A DNA stretch of 64,000 nucleotides. It comes from Mytilus californianus (taxonomy: Eukaryota). The notes under the pieces were generated by a model. The model was not told where the DNA came from. It saw only the letters and a program-made list of their open reading frames with translations, and did not search any database. The translations under genes and the position numbers were made by a program. Position 1 is the stretch's first letter, and each line of letters opens with the position of its first letter. The stretch covers positions 110,918,001 to 110,982,000 of the forward strand of contig NW_026262701.1 of assembly GCF_021869535.1 (NCBI RefSeq), read 5' to 3'. Positions 48,833-60,800 of the stretch are shown here, one piece after another.

Positions 48833-51800
48833 GCTGGCAGGCTCTCGCGACAAGCTCTTTTAAAGACAAAATCATTGACAAATACACAACAGGTATTGAA
48901 ATCACTATGCAGTCATAACAGTTATATTCATATCTTTAAGATGTGGAAGTTATTTGCTTGTTTAAGCTTGAATTTAGGAGAAAACAGCAATTGTTTTTCA
49001 AGGTGAACTGATTGACAAGTTGTGTAACCCAAGTTGTGTAACATAAAACATGTTACTTAATCAATTTTGGATGTCTTACTGAAAAGTGATCATATATATA
49101 ATGTTTGTTAGAAGTTAGGCTGACTGGATTTCAGCTTTCTCAAGCAAGTGGTTCTTGCGGATCTTATAAATGTCACTTTGTTGCACCTGTGTCAGAGTTT
49201 TTTCTACACTATGGTATATGAATATTTCATTTACACTTACATCTTCAATTAATATGTACAATTGAGAGTGAAAACAATCCAGATTTATGAGTAAAATATC
49301 TACATCCAATCATTAGTTTACTACTTTATTTAAAGTATAGTTAGTTGTTTTGTTGTGTATCTGTTTTTTATGCATCTTTAATCAATATGAAATGTTCTTT
49401 TACAAAAGCCTTATGGGGTTAGTGTCAGTAACACAATATTGGCATTTCCAACTTTCTTTCTCAGGATTAATTTGACGTGTAATAATTTGATCAGATGATG
49501 GTCTACTGGTGTTACCTAGACAAGTCGACTCCTGGTCAATTTCCCGTGCAATACACATGCCATGTTAGGGGATGCATTTAAATAGCATTTGTAAATTTAA
49601 CTTATCAGTATAGTTCGATATCTTCACATATACCATGCCGAAGTTTAAGCTTACACATCACGACAACCTAGAAATCATCGCTTTGTATAGACAGAGCTGG
49701 CCAGTTCATGCCATTGTAAATAAATTAGCTGCCCGAGGTATAGATGTTACATGGGGGTACCGTTAAACATGTCATCAAAAGATACCAAAGCGGCAAGGTA
49801 GGCTACGAAAATTTGAGCAAGGAAGAAGAAAAACTACCAACTTTCAAATATATCACTGATCATGACGTCCACTTTGTAAAGAATGCACTAGCAAAAAAAC
49901 CTACTCAAACGTCTACCGATATGCAGCGTCTTATAGTAGACAAGGGTTCACACACAAGCAAATCAACTGTCCAAAAAGTCATTAAAGCAGCCGGTTATAC
50001 AGCTTCTTCACCTAGATATGGACAGATGGTTCGAGAACCAAACAAGTTAAAACGGGTTCTGTTTTCTAAGGCCTTCATTGCCGACAATGATAACTTCGAC
50101 AATGTAATCTTCACTGACGAATGTTCCTTGCAGTTATTTAATTTATTTAATCTTTTCTCATCTCCACGATCCTGTCTTTATTCGGACACCTTCTTTTAAG
50201 TTAAGTTCGGAAATACCCATCCCCAAGAAATTGAAAGCCAAATAATATGATTGAATACCCTCCCCCGCTTCCGTTTTTCTTAAATTTTACGAGTTATTTT
50301 AGTTTTAATGAATAATTTAAATACATTTTTTTTTTAAATCGGCAAATCATGGTTAATTTGAATTCAAACAAATCAACATCAAAACTGAAAACATTCGTGT
50401 ATTGATTGGCACAATTTGTAAAAATTGTTTATAAAAACATGATTTCATCAAAATTTTAAACATAAAAATCGAAAGACAATATCTTTGTTATAATACGAGT
50501 GTCAGCAAATTTGTTAATTCCATTACATGTAAATTTATAAATTTTACAAACAAATTTCTAAAATAATACTGGGACATCATATGAAAGTTTGTTTATTTTT
50601 TTTATAAATACTAGGATCCGAAACATGTTCATGGCTTTATAAATATTGTAATAAAAAAAAAATAATTGTTTAAAAGATTGACGGGAAATGTGTTTAAATA
50701 GTAATTAAGCATTAGTGATCTAGCTGACCAAAATATTACACTTGTGAGTAATAATTGACAGGTATAAACATTGATGAATAGATGTAGAGGCTCCGGCGGG
50801 GAACGTAATGTCGAATGGAAAATGATAGTTTAATTAATATGTTTATAAACTTTAGACATACTACAATAAACTATTGAGACTTTTTTTATGAATACTAGGA
50901 TCCGATACATGTTCATGGCTTTATAAATATTGTAATAAAAAAAAAATAATTGTTTAAAAGATTGACGGGAAATATGTTTAAATAGTAAGCACAAGTGATC
51001 TAGCTGACCAAAATGTTACACTTGCGAGCAATGATTGACAGGTATGAACATTGATGAATAGATTTAGAGGCTCTGGCGGGAAACATAATGTCGAATGGAA
51101 AATAATAGTTAAATTAATTTGTTTATAAACTTTAGACATACTTCAATAAACTATTGAAACTTTAATACGGGATCAATTTGTTAACTGACCGCATAAAAAT
51201 GAAAGGAAGAAAGACGATTGAAAACTGTGTGTTTCTGTTAAGAGCAAAAAGGAATAGGACGTTAAAAGGGGGAAATATTATAACCATCAATTAACAAAGA
51301 CTCGTATAATTTACGGGATTGATGTCTCAACATTTTTATGAAAACTTCAATTGAAAATCGTCCTGGTTGTTATTATTTTGAATAATATGAAATATTTACA
51401 GTTAGCAATACATTGTTAAAAATCGTCTTTCTTTCATTTTTATAACAACTTCAAATACATGTAAAAGTTGATCTCTTATTAAATTTTCAATAGTTTATTG
51501 TAGTTTTATTCAATATTTTACATGTATCTATCCTCCATAAATAATAAAATATATGTACAGGTAAAATTTAATTCTAATCAAGCTAGTACATATTTACGAC
51601 CTTCCACTGATATTGCACAGGTAATATCACAGCAGGTGTTAATTACACTCAGACAACTGTCAGACCAGTCAGACATCTAGACGGAGTCAAATCAAATGTT
51701 AGAGATGTGGTTTTTTTATTTTCTGATGCATTCAGACAACTTTTCTACAAATTCCATCAAATGCATGAAAACAAAGGGTCTGAGACAGGGGTGTTTGGGA

Positions 51801-54800
51801 GGCAGGAATCAAGCATTCATTTTTATGGCTACATGTATCCAAATTATCCAGATTAAGAAAAATATATCATCCTTATTCAAATTCTTGAAATACACTTAAT
51901 TTCTGTCAAAGGTTTTTGTAGGGAGGGGGGGGGGGGGGGGGGGGGGTAAAAAGGAAATGCACTTCATCTAATTTTTCTCTGCAAAGTTTGCTGAATTTTT
52001 CAGTTGCTAAATTCTTTGGTTTGCTGTACATCCCTTTTTTAATAGCAATGTGCACCAATTCTAATTTTTCTAAGAAGTGATCTCTACTATGTTGGCATTT
52101 CAAAGCTCATGAAAGCTTTATTTAAGTCAAATGATGAGCAAATTTTACTATAAAATCTGAGTTTCAACTGTGTTATTACTTGTTAAAATTTACATGATCC
52201 AGTTGATTTAATATTTTGCATTTTTAAGTATTTTTAGTGAATCCTCAAACACAGTATACACTGTAGGATACTGAAAGTGAATGCAAATTAAATAATGTTT
52301 TTAGTTTAATTAATGATTGCAGCCAGCAAGAGCTCTTCTGTGAATACACATTTTCTAATCAATTGCTGTCTGTCATCATCCGTTAACTTTTACAAAATCT
52401 TCTCCTCTGAAACTACTGGGAAAAAATTTAAAAAAACTTGGCCTCATCATTGGGATATCTTGTTTAAAAAGTATGTCCAATGTCCCTGTCTGTCAACCAA
52501 GATAGCCAACATGGCTAAAAATAGAACATATGGGGTAAAATGCAAGTTTTGTCTACTTTTTGAAAACCACTATAAGGAGAGAAAATCTGACCGGGGCAGC
52601 AATGTTCAGAATGTTGAGCTCTATCTATTGTTCACAGTTAAAACTGTCAAGACGACTTCTTATAGGAGTTATTGCTCTTAGATGAAATTTTACCATTTTT
52701 AGGCATTTTTGCCTATCTATAATAATCTTTCTTGTAATCTATAAAAGATGGAGAGAAACCTTAACAAGCAAAAATGATCAGCAAGACAAGATATACTGTC
52801 AGGATGGCCAAAATCGTCAGATGACTCCTTATTAGAGTTATTGCCCTTCAATGACAATTTTTACCAATGTTTTTATAAAAATAAGGAGATGTGTTATGAT
52901 AGCCAATGAGACAACTATCCACAAAAGTTCAAATGAAGTGGATGTTAGCAATCAAATACAACTGTATGGCCTTCAACAATGAGGCCCGACATGAAAAATA
53001 TGAATCAATTCAATTGAGAAAACTCACTGCCTAATATATAACAAAACAATTAATGAAAGACCTGAACCAACGACAACCACTGAACTACAGGCACATAAAG
53101 AATGTGACAGGGTTGAATATTATCTTGAAAACCGCTATGAATAGATAAATTCTGACAGGGCTGAAATGTTAAGAATGTTGAGATCTACCTGCTCTGCGTT
53201 GATGTCAAAACTGTCAGATGTTTTCTTGCAGGAGTTATTGCCCTAAAATGTAAAATTTTACCTTTTTTTTTCATTTTTAACTGGATTTTCGAAGGAAAAA
53301 TCGGTTATTGATTTGGTTATTGATTTGGGGATGTACATGTACAGCGGGCGGCTGCCAAACAGTGCATAAAAAAGACAAATGTAGATAGACACTTTTAAAA
53401 GCAAAATTGATCAGCAGATCAAGATCTACAAATATGTCAACAAGACTAAAATTGTCAGTTAACTCTTTATAGAGTTATTGCTCTTTATAGAGTTATTGCT
53501 CTTTATAGAGTTATTGCTCTTTATAGAGTTATTGCTCTTTATAGAGTTATTGCTCTTTATAGAGTTATTGCTCTTTCATGATGATCTTTACCAAAAAGTG
53601 GCCATTGTTGAAGATGCAGATGAGTGACACAGTCACACAGGCTCTTTAGTATCTTGTATCAATTCGGTATGGGTTTTGTTCATAGTTGAAGATCGTATGG
53701 TGACCTATATTTGCTAACCTTTTAAGTCAGTTGGTCTCTGATGGAGAGTTGTCTCAGTGGCAATCATACCACATCTTATTTTTATTTGTGTATGTTCTGT
53801 AACAAAATATTTACGTATAGCAACTACGTGTATTATTCTAAAATGAATTTTTTATTTCAGGCAAGCTTCAGTTTCAAATCAGCATCAAGAGGGAAGAAAG
53901 CTGTAAGTTGATTATGAGTACAAATAACTTACATTTTATTGTATTCCATTTTATGTAATTAAAGTTGATTGTTAATACTTGACCAAAATAAATTTTTAGG
54001 GTTAGTTACTGATCAATAAACAAAGGTAAGAATGAAACAAATATATATGGAGACATATTAGCAATATTGTAGCAAACACCTAAAAGTTTATTTGATTTAA
54101 AAGCTGATCATTTCGTGAATCTGTATTGTACAGTATGTGATTTCATTGTAAATTTGTATTTGATAGGGTTATGGATTAGTTGGGGCAGCTACCGTAGATA
54201 GTATTGGAACAGGGAGAAGCATTAGCCTTCCTTGTATTGTATGTGATTTCATTGTACATATATGTGTTTTCTTTATAGGCTTATGGATTTCTTGGGGCAG
54301 CTACCGTATATAGTATTGGAACAGTGGGAGAAGCATTAGCCTTCCTTGTATTGGTTGTGATTTCATTGTACATATATGTGTTTTCTTTATAGGCTTATGG
54401 ATTACTTGGGGCAGCTACTGTAGGTAGTATTGGAGCAGTGGGAGCGGCGTTAGCCTTCCCTGTATTAGCCAGTGAACTAGAGTTACATCCCCCTAAATAC
54501 AAGTGGAGTCATCATGGAATGTTCAGCTCAATTGACATGAAAAGGTATGGCTCTTATTTAAGAGATTTTTTATGCCCCCACCGTAGTGGTGGGGGCATTA
54601 AGTTTTACCCTTTTCCGTCTGTACGTACGTACGTCCCAAAATTGGTTTCCGTTCTCTAACTTGAGTTTGCCTCAACCAAATGTTATGAAACTTATACACA
54701 ATGCTTATTACCACAAAACACAGATTAATTTTGGTGGCGTCACTTTAACCGTTCTAGAGTTATGCCCCTTTATAAATGCAAAAATTGCAAAATTTTTAAT

Positions 54801-57800
54801 TTCTGTTCTCTAACTTAAGTTTGCTTCAACCAAATGTTATGAAACTTATACACAATGCTTATTACCACAAAACACAGATCAAGTTTGAATTTTGGTGGCG
54901 TCACTTTAACCGTTCTAGAGTTATGCCCCTTTATAAATGGAAAAATTGCTAAATTTTTATTTTCTTCTAAATATCAAGTAATTTTTAAAATTGGAGTTAT
55001 CTTCCTTTGTCCATGATTATAGTTGAATCAACTACAATAAATGCTTTATACAATGCAATGTTTAATTTTGACTTCCACTGATAAAACACAGATCAAGTTG
55101 AATTTGGGTAGTGTCACTTTAACCATTATTGAGTTATGCCCCTTTATAAATCGAAAGATTGCAAAATTTTTAGTTTCCATTCTGTAACTTAAGTTTGCCC
55201 CAACCAAACATTATGAAACCTATACACAATATTCATTACCACAAAACTAAGATCAAGTAAAAATTTTTTGTTTCTGTTTTCTAACTTTAGTTTGCCTCAA
55301 CCAAATGTTATGAAACTTATACACAATGCTTATTACTACATAATACAGATTAAGTACGAAATTTGGTGGCGACACTTTTACCATTCTTGAGTTATGTCCC
55401 TTTATAAACATAAAAATTGCTGAATTTTTTGTTTCCGTTCTCTAACTTTAGTTTTTCTCAACCAAATGTTATAAAACTTATACACAACTGTTCTAGAGTT
55501 ATGCATGTTTACAAATAGAAAAATTGCTGAATTTTAAGTTTTTGTTCTCTAAAGTTAGCCTCAACCAAATGTTATGAGACTTACACACAATGCTTATTAC
55601 CACAAAACTCAGATCAAGTTCAAATTTGGGTAGCATCACTTTTACCGTTCTTCAGTTATGTCCTTTATAACTATATGATATGCAAGCGGGGGCATCATCT
55701 GTGTCCACATGTGGACACTATCCACATTTATTTACACAATACTCAGGCAGGTGGCTACTTGAACAACAACTCATAGGAGTTGTTGCCCTTAAATGATGAT
55801 TTTTAACCAATTTGTTTTTGTTTTGCCTGAGAGGGAAACTAATCTTGTTCCAACAGCTTATGTTTTTGTATATGACTTCATATTTCAGAATATAGAAGAG
55901 CTGGATAATTCCTATCTTGTTTACAGCTGTCTTATGATCAGATGTTTATGTCTGACAGTGTCTGTTTTTCTTTAACTCTTGTTAATGACTGCTTCAAAAA
56001 CTGTTTCATTCTTTTTATGCCAGGCCTAGGATAGTAGAGGGGCATTATGTTTTCTGGTCTGTGCATCCATTTGTTAGTCTGTCTGGACTCTGGTTTAAGT
56101 TTTGGGTTATGGTAGTTTACCATGAAGGTGTTTTACATCAACTTGAAACTTTGTACACATATTCATTATGATATGAATTTATTATGCCAAATTCCAGTTT
56201 TGGCCCGATTTCACAGTATACTTAACATAGAAATGTGATAGTGAGAAATCAGTACATGCTCTGGTTAAAGTTTTTGGTTAAGGTAGTTTATCATGATGTT
56301 TTGGTACATCAACTTGAAACTTCAACACATGCTGTTGTTTGGTTATCTTTTTATACGACCGCAAAAAAATTTTGTGGTCGTATATTGGTATGACGTTGGC
56401 GTCGTCGTCGTCGTCGTCGTCGTCGTCCGGCGTCGTCGTCCGAATACATATTGGTTTTCGCACTCTAACTTTAGTTTAAGTGAATGGATCTTTTTGAAAT
56501 TTGACCATTAGGTTAAATACCACAAAAGGAAGGTTGGGATTGATTTTGGGGGTTATGGTACCAACAGTTAAGGAATTAGGGGCCAAAAAGGGGCCAAAAA
56601 TGAGCATTTTCTAGTTTCCAGACAATAACTGTGGAACGGTGTATGGATCTCTCTGAAATTATACTACAAGTTTCCATACCACAAAGGGATGGTTAGGATT
56701 TGCTTTGGGGGGTTATGGCTCAAACCGTTTAGGAATTAGGGGCAAAAAAGGGGGAAAAACAAGGTTGTCCTGGTTAATGGACAAATACTTTAGTACAAAA
56801 CATAATTTAAAGCAGTGTAAGGGAGATAAATCAAATACATCATTGAAATTATCTCCCTTACACTGCTTTTAAATTATGTATAAAGTAATGGTTAATGAAC
56901 AATAAAGATAATCTAAAACAGTGTAAGGGAGGTAATCCAAATACAACGTTTTGGTTACTTCCCTTACACTGCTTTTAAATTATGTTTAAAGAAATGCATA
57001 TTTATAAAGGAAGACCAGTAAAAATATCTGCAAATGTTTTCATCTTTTTTTTTTACCAAAAAATCCATATGAAAGATTTGACACTATATTTTTATTAATT
57101 CTATTATAAAATAGATTAAGTTAGCACTATGGTAAATTTAAATGGGTAATTATGGTTGCCAACTCCATTGGAAATTTGAATTGAGATTATGACCATATCT
57201 TGAGGGAAAGAATTTTTTTGGGGGAAAAAGGGGGGGGGGGGATAAAAAGAAATTGTGGGGGGCCAATTTTTCTCATTTCAGATTTCAGAAATTAAAAAGA
57301 ATTATTCTTCAAATATTTTTTTTTTTTCAAATTTCAAATATTGAAAAATTTCAAGAAGTAATCTTTAATTGCACAGTATGGCGCATTAGATTTGTAAAAT
57401 CTTTGATCACATTTATTTATTTGTTATGCCGAATCTAACAGTGTATTTAGATTTTTAATTTTGGGTCCAGTTTTCAAATTGGTCTACATTAATGTCCAAA
57501 GGGTCCAAAATTTTAACAAAAATTGAATTCTTGGGGTTCTTTGATTTGCTGAATCTAAACATGTGTTTAGATTTTTGATTATGGGCCCAGTTTTCAAGTT
57601 GGTCCAAGATAGGGTCCAGTATTTAAACTTTGTTTGATTTCATCGAAAATTGAATTATTGGGGTTCTTTGATATGCCAAATCTAACCATGTTTTTAGATT
57701 TTTAATTTGGGTCCCGTTTTTTAAATTGGTCGTCATTGAGGTCCAAAGGGTCCAAAATTAAACTTAGTTTGATTTTAACAAAAATTGAATTCTTGGGGTT

Positions 57801-60800
57801 CTTTGATATGCTGAATCTAAACATGTGTTTAGATTTTTGATTATGGGCCCAGTTTTCAAGTTGGTCCAAATTGGGGTCCAAAATTAAACTTTGTTTGATT
57901 TCAACAAAAATTGAATATATGGGGTTCTTTGATATGCTGAATCTAACCATGAATTTAGATTTTTTATTTGTGGGCCCCGCTATCAAATTGGTTCATATTG
58001 AGGTCAAAAGGGTCCAAAATTAAACTTTGTTTGATTTCATCAAAAATTGAATTATTGGGGTTCTTTGATATTCCAAATCTAACCGTGTATTTAGATTTTT
58101 AATTTTAAGTCCCGTTTTTTAAATTGGTCTACATTAAGGTCCAAAGGGTCCAAAATTAAACTTAGTTTGATTTTAGCAAAAAATGAATTCTTGGGGTTCT
58201 TTGATATGCTGAATCTAAACATGTGTTTAGATTTTTGATTATGGGCCCAGTTTTCAAGTTTGTCCAAGTTGGGGTCCAAAATTAAACTTTGTTTGATTTT
58301 AACAAAAATTGAATATATGGGGTTCTTTGATATGCTGAATCTAACCATGTATTTTGATTTTGGACATTGGACCATAATAGGTAAATTAAAAAAAATTCAA
58401 GTTCTTAGACCACATTCTTTCTGTGTCAGAAACCTATGCTGTGTCAAATATTTAATAACAATCCAAATTCAGAGCTGTATCAAGCTTGAATGTTGTGTCC
58501 ATACTTGCCCCAACTGTTCAGGGTTCGACCTCTGCGGTCGTATCAAGCTGCGCCCCAGCGAAGCATTTTATTAGAATATATGACAAATTATGATCATGAC
58601 CCCTCAGGGCCTGTTTTATGGAAATTGGATATTTGAAGCTAGATTTGTGTCCATACTCTTGTTATTACTTTTTTCCCTCCAACATAGAGAACCAGTATTA
58701 GGAACATCTCAAAATTATTTATGTCTATCAGACAGGGTTCACCTGACAATGACCACATTTCTTCATGTTTTCTTAAGTTCAGTGATCAACATTAAGATTT
58801 CAGGATCAGTCCCATTTCTCATCTACATGCTATGTAAGTTATAGGTCACCTTCTGTTTGACTGGAAAATCTGTGACTCAATAGTATTTCAGGATACTGAA
58901 ACCTGAATGATTGTTTAACATTTTAGACTGTATCATGGATCTATAAAGCTACATAAGTTGCTTTGATTACTAAGATATTAAAATGTTGAACTATTCAATA
59001 TATAATAAATCCATTATTTTATTACAGTGTACGGAGAGGATATGAAGTCTATAAACAAGTGTGTGCGGCATGTCACAGTCTGAAATATTTGGCATACAGA
59101 GAAATGGTGGGATCCTTCCTATCAGAAGATGAGGCTAAAGAGGAAGCTAAATCGGTAACAATCATAACACAAAACTAAATGAACAATATGAAAGTTAAAT
59201 TTTTAAAAACCTTAACTCATGTCTAGAACTCTAGATATTAGAAATTACTGTCTCAACCAATTGAAAATCCACTGCCAGAATGGACAAGTTATTATGATAT
59301 AAATGTCTAAACATTAAGGTATATGTAGAATTATTTAATGTGAAAAGAGCATTAAAAAATAAGAATGTTTACTAAAGTTTTGCGGTTAGTTGATAATTGA
59401 TGCCTCCTGTGTAACATTTTCTCTAAAAATCCTCAAAACAGTTATTTTAACATACATTTTGATAGGTAATGGTATGGGATGGACCAGATGATAACGGGAA
59501 CATGTTTGAACGACCAGGAAAGTTGGCAGACTATATTCCATCACCTTATAAAAATGAAGAAGCTGCAAAGGCTGCCAATAATGGAGCAGTGCCTCCAGAT
59601 CTTACCTATATTGTCCCTGGTGTAGAAGGTGAAGAAGTAAGTATAATTGGAGCAATGTCTCCTGATCTGATCAAAAGATATATCTCTGTTACCTCTGGAC
59701 ACACCCTGTTTTTTGCAAACAAACCTAAATATTTTATTACCTTGCCCAAAATAATTAAGAAATTGTGTCATCCCAGTAGACTATGAATCCTTTTCTCTGA
59801 TGACTTAGTTATATTTTGGTAGCAGGATAGCAAAGCTGTAGCGACACATGGAAATCACTTCTATTGTCATTGTCTCGTCATCCTTGTAATACTTTCTTAA
59901 TTATAGTTCCCTGAAAAACTGATGGACAGAATTCATCCAAATTTGTACAGAATCTTCTGCAAGACATGAAGTTGTGCACCTACTATTTGAAGCTTTCATC
60001 TGAGTGGTTTTTGGGGTTTTCCATACCAAAACATATAACAAAGTTATTTCTGGTCAGCAACACACACACACATTTATTTTTTTGACTCCCATTAATTTAT
60101 ATACATGTAACTTTATATTTTATCGTAACTTTAAGACCACTTCTGTAGGTATGTTAGTATTGATGTATGATTTTGTTTCAGAACTACATATTTTCATTAC
60201 TAACTGGATATTGTGATGCCCCAGCAGGAGTAGAGGTGCCAGAAGACGGACATTTTAATCCTTATTTCACTGGTGGTGTGATAGCCATGGCTGAAGCATT
60301 ATATACTGACATAATTGAATATTCTGATGGTAAGTATATTGCTTGTGTTGTTTATAGCCTTGTCTAAACTTAAACTGATATTACCTGCTTTGAAGAAATT
60401 GTACTTTGTGAGTAATCTTTCATTGGCATGCAAAGGAACAATACTGACATGTCTACTTTACCAACACAAAAACAAATGCATTTTCTTTTTTTATTTGATA
60501 ACTAAACTTGTTGACAAAAAAGTTGTAAACTTGCTACTTTCTTAATGTCAGTAGTAAAAATTTAGGTTAAAGCTCTATATTTCAATTAAAACTCTATTTT
60601 GGTTTGCAACAATTACTCTCAAGCCATTTCAGTCTTTAACACCAGAATACAAAAAATAAAGATATGTGGTATGATTTCCAGTGAGACAACTACTCATTAA
60701 GACTGAAGGTACAGCAGTTTGCTAATTGATATTAACATTGTATAGAACAACTGTTGTATCCTGTAATGGCAGAGAAATAGGATCAAGGAGTATAGAAGAC

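Noticed and set aside
51921-51946. Long G-tract (others at about 5270, 11356, 57229) as a functional G-quadruplex
   Set aside because: Simple homopolymers with no further supporting evidence.
57702-58574. Near-identical 94-104-aa ORFs
   Set aside because: Arise from the HINE tandem array.
58590-58900. Coding-looking intronic stretch (84-aa ORF)
   Set aside because: All frames I checked are interrupted or unrecognisable; cannot support an exon or TE call.
59959-59972. GCA AGA CAT (ARH) in CYC1 intron 5 as a hidden exon restoring ARHGG
   Set aside because: Continues as EV rather than GG, sits in repeat-like sequence and has no usable splice context.
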